Origin: Acidimicrobiia bacterium
GTDB taxonomy: Bacteria > Actinomycetota > Acidimicrobiia > Acidimicrobiales > Aldehydirespiratoraceae
NCBI GenBank assembly: GCA_024421085.1
Contig: JAHQYN010000005.1
Location: forward strand, 2,368-66,367
Direction of reading: 5' to 3'
DNA length: 64,000 nt
Position numbers and translations under genes: made by a program. Below, piece after piece: positions 57,104 through 64,000 of this stretch (positions within the stretch are counted from its first letter, which is position 1; each line of letters begins with the position of its first letter). The notes beneath the pieces were generated by a model. That model did no database searches. It was not told the origin of the DNA and worked only from the letters and a program-made list of their open reading frames with translations.

Positions 57104-58339
57104 CTACGGGCGGGGCGCACCCGCAGGGAACGAGACCCGCATGATTCTCGGGCCTCGCACTTGACCGCCCGCCCACTTCATGGAGTCGCGGTCGCTGACG
57201 TGGAACTCGGGAATCCGTTCGAGCCAGACTCGCAGCGCAACGTTCATCTCCAAGCGGGCAAGGTTCGAACCCGCACACCGGTGGATCCCCGATCCGAACG
57301 CAACGTGGCGGTTCCGTTGGCGGTCGATGATGAACTCGTCGGGATCCTCGAAATGTTCGGGGTCATGGCATGCCGCCGGGAAGTTCATCAGCACCTTGTC
57401 GCCCTGCTGAATCTTGACCCCGCCGTAGTCGACATCGGCATCGGCAATCCGGGCCATGGTTACCGGGGCGTAGTAGCGCAGGAACTCCTCCACTGCGGTA
57501 GGCAGCAGTTCGGGTTCGGCGTTGAGACGGGCGAGGTCGTCCGGATTGGTCCCCAGGTGCCACAGGGCGGACCCGATGGAGCTCCAGGTCGTGTCGATCC
57601 CTGCTATTACCAGCAGGTTGGCGATTCCTATGACGACCCCCGGGGTGATCTCGGCGTCTTCGTCGAACGGCTCCATGTGGAGCAGTTCGGTCAGCAGATC
57701 ATCTTTGGGGTTGTCGACCCGCTCGTGGACCTCGACTCCGAGGAAGCCAAGCAGAGCGTCACGGGCGGCCATTCGCTTCTCAGGGTCTAACAGGCCCTCG
57801 CCCAGCAGGTCGTTGACCCAGCCGACGAACGTGTCGGCCATCGCCGGATCGACACCCAGCAGATGGGCGATGACCCTCGGCGGAATCTGCTGTGAGTAGT
57901 CCACAGCAGCATCGCACTCCCCGTCGGCGATGAAGCCGTCGATCAGCGAATGCGCCAGCTCCTCGGTGTAGTCGGTGTAACGATTCACCGTCTTGGGCGA
58001 GAACGCCGGCAGGATCATGCGGCGGGTCCAGGTGTGGATCGGGGGGTCGGCGGTGATCGGCGCCGCCGCGATCTGCTGTTCGTAGAGCGTCTGTTCGGGG
58101 AAGTCCGGCGGCGGCGGCATCACCAGCGGCGCCCGCGACGACAGCTCAGGGACCATTTTCGCCAGCGCGCGGATGTCGTCGAAGCGGGTCGGGTTCCAGG
58201 AGCCCTTGAGCCGTTCGGTATGGGCGATCGGGCATTTCTGGCGCATCTCCCGCCAGATCGGCACGGGATCCTCAATGTAACGTGGGTCGCTGATGTCGTA
58301 GTCGGTGGTCCAGTCGGTGACCGGTGTGGGCTCAGACAT
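57104..58339 (-). CDS. Cytochrome P450
   Basis: AGIDTT, EEFLR, HVAFGSGIHRCAG heme motif. Confidence 0.95.
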   Translation of the reverse strand: MSEPTPVTDWTTDYDISDPRYIEDPVPIWREMRQKCPIAHTERLKGSWNPTRFDDIRALAKMVPELSSRAPLVMPPPPDFPEQTLYEQQIAAAPITADPPIHTWTRRMILPAFSPKTVNRYTDYTEELAHSLIDGFIADGECDAAVDYSQQIPPRVIAHLLGVDPAMADTFVGWVNDLLGEGLLDPEKRMAARDALLGFLGVEVHERVDNPKDDLLTELLHMEPFDEDAEITPGVVIGIANLLVIAGIDTTWSSIGSALWHLGTNPDDLARLNAEPELLPTAVEEFLRYYAPVTMARIADADVDYGGVKIQQGDKVLMNFPAACHDPEHFEDPDEFIIDRQRNRHVAFGSGIHRCAGSNLARLEMNVALRVWLERIPEFHVSDRDSMKWAGGQVRGPRIMRVSFPAGAPRP

Positions 58340-58500
58340 AGGGAAACGGTAACGCATCGACTCACTGTTGGGGACACATGCATCGGTCTTTTTTGCGGCA
58401 TGTGTCGTCGGGCCGGGCTACGCTTGGCATCCTCGCCAGGGGAGGCCTTCTCAGGGGGTCTCGTCGGGGAACGCATTTTGACAATCGACAACATGCACAA

Positions 58501-58889
58501 GGGGCTGATCGGTTTCGACGTTGGGACCGGGATGTGCCGACGTGCGACCGGAGTTGCTCAGACTCCCAAAACGGGGCACCAACAGAGACGCCGATACGGA
58601 CGATCTCGTTCTCGCCGCCTGATAAGTCAGTAGGCAGAGAATCATCGCGACCAGCAATGGCACGCGGGGCCACACTGCCGCAGCCTGGCACCAGAAGCGG
58701 TAGTGGACAGCAGGGAGAGACCGCTGACTGACGGGAAAGACCCCTGACGCCGGAGAAAGTTCTGGTGGCGGGCCCTTGGGCCCAACTCACCCGGGAGCGT
58801 GGCAGCCATGAGCCACACCCACGGGAATGGTCGTAGCGCGGCGGGCAACCACCCGACGGACGAGGGTTCGATTCCCTCCAGCTCCACCA
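58501..58889 (+). ncRNA. ssrA: tmRNA; tag peptide ADTDDLVLAA**
   Basis: 5' GGGGCTGATCGGTTTCGAC, 3' GGTTCGATTCCCTCCAGCTCCACCA; tag ORF 58590-58619 followed by TGA TAA. Confidence 0.96.
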
Positions 58890-58940
58890 AGACCACACAA
58901 GATGGAACCAATTCAGCGTCCCTGTCAGGTTGCGAATCGG

Positions 58941-58969
58941 TTGCTAATAGGTTGCAACCGTCGTATAGT
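58941..58969 (+). promoter_or_regulatory. Leaderless promoter of the TA operon with an operator in its spacer
   Basis: TTGCTA-N17-TATAGT, GTG 6 nt downstream; palindrome GGTTGCAACC in the spacer and two further GGTTGC half-sites upstream. Confidence 0.7.
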
Positions 58970-58975
58970 TGTGTT

Positions 58976-59737
58976 GTGGCGACCATTGACGATCTCCTCG
59001 GTCGGGACCCCGACACAGCGACCCGGGCCGCTCAAGAAGCGGTTCCAGGGTTCGTCGCCGAAATGGACGAGATCGCTCCCGCGATTGCTGCGGGCTGCAA
59101 CCGGCCGGTGCTGTTGCACTACTGGATGACAGTGGACGGCGCCGCCCAGCGGCTTACGGCACTGCCATCGACAGATCCCGACATCGCCGAGCGGGCCGCT
59201 ACGGGATACTTCCTGTTGCGCGACAACGCGGCGGAACTGCTGTGGACGGCGCCGACCGTCGACGGCACGGGAGTGCTTACCGCATTGGTGGACCGGATCA
59301 GGTTCCTCGTTGGCGGGCTGCCCCGCCCGCCTAGGCGCGGCGGTGCCGGTCTGGACAGAGCCGTGTTGCACCGTGTTGTGGTGACGTTGGCCGATATCGA
59401 GTTTGAACGCCGCGTCGATGAGCCGTTGAGGCGGGTGATGGCGACGCTAGCGCTGACAAGCAGCGACGTCGCGGGGATGATGGGCGTGACCCGCCAGGCC
59501 GTCGACAAGTGGCTTCAGTCCGGGACCCCGACCGAGCGTCTCGACCGCATAGGCACGCTCGCTGAGATCGCCGACATTCTCAGGCACCGCCTGCGTGAGG
59601 GCATGCCCGCGGTTGTGGTACGCCGACCCGCCGAAGCGTACGGTGGCCGCAGCATGCTTGAGATGATCACCGACGGCGACCACCGCGAACTGTTGGAGTC
59701 GGTGCGGGCGAGCTTCGATTACGCACGCGTCGCATGA
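58976..59737 (+). CDS. Xre/MbcA/ParS-like antitoxin with long N-terminal extension
   Basis: HTH VAGMMGVTRQAVDKW, C-terminal RRPAEAYGGRSMLEMI; directly upstream of a RES gene. Confidence 0.75.
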   Translation: MATIDDLLGRDPDTATRAAQEAVPGFVAEMDEIAPAIAAGCNRPVLLHYWMTVDGAAQRLTALPSTDPDIAERAATGYFLLRDNAAELLWTAPTVDGTGVLTALVDRIRFLVGGLPRPPRRGGAGLDRAVLHRVVVTLADIEFERRVDEPLRRVMATLALTSSDVAGMMGVTRQAVDKWLQSGTPTERLDRIGTLAEIADILRHRLREGMPAVVVRRPAEAYGGRSMLEMITDGDHRELLESVRASFDYARVA

Positions 59738-60246
59738 CGTGCGCAGCGTAGCGGTAGGCGGTACCTACTACCGCGTCGCGGATCCCCCGCTGGGACGACC
59801 CCGTTGACGCGCACCACGCCGCTGTGTCGGGGCAGCGCTGGAACCCGCCCGGTGTCGCCTGCTTGTATCTCAATGTTGACGTGCTCACTGCCCGCAACAA
59901 CGTCGTTGGCCGTTTCGCGGGCCTGCCCTATGGGCCAGAGGACCTCGAACCGACTGAGGCGCCGGTGCTGATCGTTGTGAAGGTGCCCGAAGGTCTGGCC
60001 CTTGACGCGTTCTCCGATAAGGGGGTGACCGCGGTCGGCCCGCCGACCACCTACCCGCTCGACAGCGCCGACAACCTTGTCGCCCACAGCGTCTTCCAAC
60101 CGATCGGGACAGCCGCTTACCAGGCCGGTTTAGACGGCGTCGCAAGCCATTCGGCCGCCCCTGGCAGCAGCCGCGAACTCGCCTGGTTCCCGCGCTCACA
60201 ACCGGCCTCCGTGACCGAGCGCGTCTCCTTCAGCGCCTGGTGGTGA
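59734..60246 (+). pseudogene. RES-domain toxin, frameshifted near the 5' end
   Basis: GTYYRVADP in one frame, WDDPVD...GQRWNPPG..CLYL...HSAA...ELAWF in another; break in the C5 run 59784-59788. Confidence 0.75.
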
Positions 60247-60514
60247 CCCAACAAGAAATCGACCCGGCCGTCGACACCCTGAGCGCCCCTTGCCCCGAAC
60301 GCACCGCACGCACGCTGCAAACCGCCATGCGCGCAAGCACCAACCCCACCGAACCAGCCGAAGCTATTCGAGTCTGCGCGAACACCATCCGCACCGCATG
60401 CTTTTTCTTCTCACCAGAGTAGCGGCGAGACCTCGCCACCGCCCTCGTTTGTGTGTCGATAGATTCCATACTCGCTCCAATCCTTGGAGCCTGCACAAAA
60501 CCCGGGGTGAATCA
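60246..60514 (-). mobile_element. IS3-family left-end remnant (IR + degraded orfA)
   Basis: TGATTCACCCCGGGTTTTGTGCAGGCT end; RRYSGEKKKHAVRMV OrfA-like start. Confidence 0.7.
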
Positions 60515-60592
60515 GGTGTCTTTGTTGGGTTCACGGTTCCAACGTTTCTTGGGGTCGTCTGTGAACGGTTGATCGGCAGTCCGCCGACGCCA

Positions 60593-60877
60593 TCAGCACT
60601 TCCGCTCGCCTGCTTCTCGCACAGCGGTGTCGAACTGGGCTTCTGTCATACCGAACGCTGAACAGAACTCAGACCGGATAGACGAATATGCGTCGGCCGC
60701 AAGCAATTTGCGTTGCATCTCAAGGACTGATTGGTGCAACGCCTCCATGGCTTCGAGTTTCTGTGGGCTTTCTCCATCGCCGAACACCCGGTCGATCTCA
60801 GCCCAACCATCTTCAAGCATTCCAGCAAGCAGCTTGTTGATAGCTCGCCGTTTAGCGCGGTCTTTTCTCCACCCCAT
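60593..60877 (-). CDS. Hypothetical protein (94 aa)
   Basis: ATG abuts the upstream stop codon; helical, charged; no recognised motif. Confidence 0.55.
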   Translation of the reverse strand: MGWRKDRAKRRAINKLLAGMLEDGWAEIDRVFGDGESPQKLEAMEALHQSVLEMQRKLLAADAYSSIRSEFCSAFGMTEAQFDTAVREAGERKC

Positions 60878-61189
60878 CTAATCGACACCGAGCCGTTCAC
60901 AGAGATTCGCGTCAGCCAACTGGTCGGCCTCGCCAAGGATCCCGAGTTCGTCGCTGTTCAGGCAGTCAATGTCGGCTTCTAGTTCCTCTATGCGCACAGA
61001 CCAGCCCCTCACCTCGTCGGACCACGCTTCCAGGTCGGTTTCTAGGTCAGCTACCCGAAGCCGCAACGCGCTGATCTCGTCACCGGTGGTGGTGTCGTTC
61101 GGCGGGTAGATCAACACTATTGTCAACACAACCGCCGCAGTTAAGGTTATTGCTGCCATCGCCCACGGGAGTCGCTCAGTCACCGTCAA
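60878..61189 (-). CDS. Hypothetical membrane-anchored coiled-coil protein
   Basis: N-terminal TM helix then heptad-like ISALRLRVADLETDLE...IEELEADI. Confidence 0.6.
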   Translation of the reverse strand: MTVTERLPWAMAAITLTAAVVLTIVLIYPPNDTTTGDEISALRLRVADLETDLEAWSDEVRGWSVRIEELEADIDCLNSDELGILGEADQLADANLCERLGVD

Positions 61190-61226
61190 CTAGTCCTCGC
61201 AGGATGTCCAGGCCGTCCGTGAACAA

Positions 61227-62291
61227 TCACTGCAGCTGTGCTCTTTGCTCCATCAGATCCCTGGTGGAAAGGTCAGCATAGGTCGCTTCGCCGAAACCCA
61301 AATGCGCGTCCACAATCGACGAGTCTGTGATGACCTCAAGACGTTCGCCTTGTTCAGCGCGGTGCCGTCGATGGAGTTCGAGCGCAGCAACCTTAGCAGC
61401 GCAACTGAAAAACCGGACCGAATCCTCCCAGCCGTATAAAGACAGCGTCTCGACGACCTTGCAGAACTCGCCGTCACCCGGTTTTGGTATCGCGTTGGTC
61501 ATGGCGGGACTGGTTTCCCCGTGGTCGGCTGTACCGAGAACTGGCTGTTGTGAATACGTCGCTTCTTGTCTCATGCGAGCGCCTGCTGAGCGTCCCGCTA
61601 GTCGGGCCTCGTTCACCAACTCCAAGGAGTTCTCTGGGGTGCCCAACACGGCGGCAATCGCGTGGGGTGCCGACATGGCGGCTAGGACCGCCAGTGGAGT
61701 CGTGTCGCCTGGTTCGCTCCCATCCATGAAACCGAAAGCATCGCGAATACATCCAGGTGCGCTCAAAGCCCAAGCTGCTGCCTCCATGTTCTCTATCAGC
61801 ACAGGCAGGGTCTCACGGGCGCATTGGCTGAACCTGGCATGACTAGCCCGTTGTCTCTTGAAGTGAGCGCGGTCGTTAGAAAATCCGCGTTGCGGTGCAG
61901 ATAACGATATCCACACGTCAATGGAATCAACCGACGTCGGAAGCATTTCGAGACGCTCCCGGCCAGATGGGTTGGATTCAGCAAGGCGCAGAGCAGCGCG
62001 CGCTACATCGGGATAGAGCAACGCGGCGAGCGCGGACCGAGCACAGTCAGTAGAGTTCAAGGCCACCAACAGCGCCTTGCTGCCGCCCCCGTCTGAGCGA
62101 AGAGACGCCCCGGCTTGTGGATCGCCTGCCATCGCAAGCGTTACGCGTGCTAGCAGCTGGTCTTCTAAGACTCCAGACAGAAGATGGGGTGGGATTTCCC
62201 GATCAAGCAGGGCAGCGTGTGCTTTGTTCGAGACACGGTTGATGCGGGTTGTGGTGTCTGACGTGCTCTTTGGTTCTCCTATGTTGCTCAT
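61227..62291 (-). CDS. Hypothetical protein (354 aa)
   Basis: Long ORF in more AT-rich DNA; no recognised motif. Confidence 0.6.
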   Translation of the reverse strand: MSNIGEPKSTSDTTTRINRVSNKAHAALLDREIPPHLLSGVLEDQLLARVTLAMAGDPQAGASLRSDGGGSKALLVALNSTDCARSALAALLYPDVARAALRLAESNPSGRERLEMLPTSVDSIDVWISLSAPQRGFSNDRAHFKRQRASHARFSQCARETLPVLIENMEAAAWALSAPGCIRDAFGFMDGSEPGDTTPLAVLAAMSAPHAIAAVLGTPENSLELVNEARLAGRSAGARMRQEATYSQQPVLGTADHGETSPAMTNAIPKPGDGEFCKVVETLSLYGWEDSVRFFSCAAKVAALELHRRHRAEQGERLEVITDSSIVDAHLGFGEATYADLSTRDLMEQRAQLQ

Positions 62292-62420
62292 CCTGGTTCC
62301 CGTTGATGGTGGTCGATGTCGTTCAGAACGTGTTGCGGGATCCTCTCGGGGTACGACCTGGTTCTCGTCGGTCGATCTGCATTGACGATCATCTTCACGG
62401 AATGGATGTATACCAGGGAT

Positions 62421-62831
62421 CTAGTGCGGTGTCAACAAACGCTTGCGCGCGTGGTGTTTCATGCTGCTTATGGGAGTGGTCGGCCCCAGCGGTGGCCTTT
62501 ATCGGCTCGGGTTCGGGCGCGTTCGCAGCGTTGCGCCAGCGCAGGTCGGGGTCTCGGGCGTTGGCGTTGCGCCAGCGCAGGTAGGCGTGCAGCCGACGGG
62601 TCAGCGGTTGGGGTGCTGGGAGTCGTTGAACACGAACTCGCGCAGCGGCCCGAAGTGAGCCTCGATCGGGTTGGCCCAAGAATTGTAGGTCGGGGTGAAG
62701 CACAACTCGACTTTGTTGTCTTGTGCCCACTTGCGCACGGCGCGGCCCTTGTGAGCCGAGAGGTTGTCGAGGATCACATAGATCCACTCGCCGTCGTCGT
62801 GGCGGGCCCGGATCGACTTGAGCGCGGCCAG
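62421..62831 (-). mobile_element. IS630-family transposase 3' remnant with right end
   Basis: YVILDNLSAHK, FTPTYNSWANPIEAHF, AYLRWRNANAR; frameshifted; ends ...GACACCGCACTAG. Confidence 0.85.
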
Positions 62832-62852
62832 TGATTCACCCTGGGTGAATCA
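62832..62852. mobile_element. 21-bp palindromic IS3-end footprint
   Basis: TGATTCACCC-T-GGGTGAATCA; arm identical to the IS3 end at 60505-60514; truncates the IS630 remnant. Confidence 0.7.
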
Positions 62853-63131
62853 AACCCCGCCCCCCGCCAGTAAACCTCAACCGCGGCCACCTCCCAATAT
62901 ACTTTACCATGCGAGTGCCCCCTCGGTGTGGACCAGAACTTTCTGACAAAGCCTGATTATCCCGCACCAGGAGAGCACGTCGCGCGAACACCCACCCCAA
63001 CACAAACCCCACTACTGACAAATCTGGGCTAATGGATAAGACCTCACGCGCGGGACCTATCCGACAGTGAACCAAAACAATCGACCAAGTCGCGAAATCC
63101 AAGAGTCTTTGGATGGTTCGCTCTCTGACTA

Positions 63132-63848
63132 TCAATCCTCGCCGAAACGGGCGTCGTATGCCGTGGCCATTCGGTCGATGAACTCCTCCCATCGAAGACC
63201 GCTACCGACGGCGGGAAGTTCGAGATCAATGAGCCCCGATTCTTGACAAAACACAACGACCGCGATGCCCTCAAGCAGGTGTGGCGCGTCGCCCTCGGTT
63301 TGTCGTCCGCCTGCACGCGTGAACCGGCCGATCGCCCGTTCAATCAGGTGTGTAGTCGGTTTCCAATCGTCGTCATGCCCTGACCGCACCCGCTCCGTGG
63401 TCGGCAAGGTCAGAATGCCGCCGACAACTGCAAACGGAAACTTGAGGTGAACGTTGACCGCGAACGTCCGGATGTCACCGAAACGGTTCCAGATAGCGCG
63501 ACCCACGGCCAAATGGGCGGGTTTGATCTCGATGGCCAACTTCAAGCCATCCGTCTCGGTGATCTCCGAGACGTCGGCCTTTGCACTCCGCAGACCTCCG
63601 CCAACTGTCCGCTCACCCGCAACGGCGCCGTGCAGGCTGAGCCCTGCTGCCCGGAGACTGGCGAGGGTCGCATTAGACAAACCACTAGAGAGCCGGATCT
63701 GGGCCGCCTTACTCTTCTGCTTGCCGACCTTTGACGCGCCTCTGATATATTCGGCCGAGGCAGCGCAGTATTCCTCAATAGTCGGAGTGGCTGACCCTCC
63801 GATCTGGTCCACCAAGGCAAGACCCGTGGGATCCGGCAATCCAGCCAC
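63132..63848 (-). CDS. Putative type II restriction endonuclease
   Basis: PD-(D/E)xK-like ADVSE...LAIEIK; immediately downstream of a DNA methyltransferase. Confidence 0.65.
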   Translation of the reverse strand: MAGLPDPTGLALVDQIGGSATPTIEEYCAASAEYIRGASKVGKQKSKAAQIRLSSGLSNATLASLRAAGLSLHGAVAGERTVGGGLRSAKADVSEITETDGLKLAIEIKPAHLAVGRAIWNRFGDIRTFAVNVHLKFPFAVVGGILTLPTTERVRSGHDDDWKPTTHLIERAIGRFTRAGGRQTEGDAPHLLEGIAVVVFCQESGLIDLELPAVGSGLRWEEFIDRMATAYDARFGED

Positions 63849-63851
63849 GAT

Positions 63852-64000
63852 TCAGGCCGAACGGTCCAAGGTCAACTGGCTCGATGCCCCGATGGTGTCC
63901 TGCACCCTCGAGGCAGCGTGCGCGAAGTAGGCCGGGTCGATCTCGCAACCGATGCTGTTGCGTCCCCAGATCGCAGCCGCAGCAGAGGCGGTGCCAGTTC
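63852..64000 (-). CDS. Site-specific DNA methyltransferase (beta-class N4/N6), C-terminal part only
   Basis: TGTASAAAAIWGRNSIGCEIDPAY, the region just after motif I of beta-class MTases. Confidence 0.8.
   Translation of the reverse strand, partial: TGTASAAAAIWGRNSIGCEIDPAYFAHAASRVQDTIGASSQLTLDRSA

Noticed and set aside
62853..63131. AT-richer stretch with a 118-aa minus-strand ORF
   Set aside because: The ORF overlaps the endonuclease, runs into the IS footprint and has no recognisable motif; probably a decayed fragment.

Overview
High-GC actinobacterial chromosome segment; gene order, pervasive leaderless TAnnnT promoters and the Tad locus suggest an Acidimicrobiia-like organism (inference). 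About 50 kb is housekeeping: fadD3-like ligase, uvrD2, xth, rsfS-LCP-nadD, a sigma-70 factor, class II DAHP synthase, proA/proB, murJ, pspA, obgE-rpmA-rplU-rne, a radical SAM pair, rodA-mrdA-mreDCB, ndk, folC, clpX-clpP-tig, tRNA-Gly, a Tad/Flp pilus cluster, mec-cysM, smpB and tmRNA. Accessory DNA: (1) a 1849-bp integrase-less unit carrying one AAA+/DUF4143-type ATPase, inserted in the 3' end of rsfS and bounded by a 75-bp duplication that leaves two alternative RsfS C-termini; (2) a 7-kb block separating smpB from ssrA, with a fused nuclease-methyltransferase gene, a diverged 130-bp copy of part of an antiporter gene lying 49 kb away, and a P450/HD/desaturase/Rieske oxygenase cluster; (3) an island after tmRNA with a RES-Xre toxin-antitoxin pair (toxin frameshifted), IS3 and IS630 remnants, three orphan genes and a type II R-M pair. 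The window is very rich in local duplications at gene termini and junctions. Two of them create chimeric mini-ORFs that exactly preserve stop/start overlap between operon genes. Several GC-garbled duplications (42.6, 44.6, 54.9, 55.4 kb) look like assembly artefacts. All calls come from reading the sequence; no database search was run.
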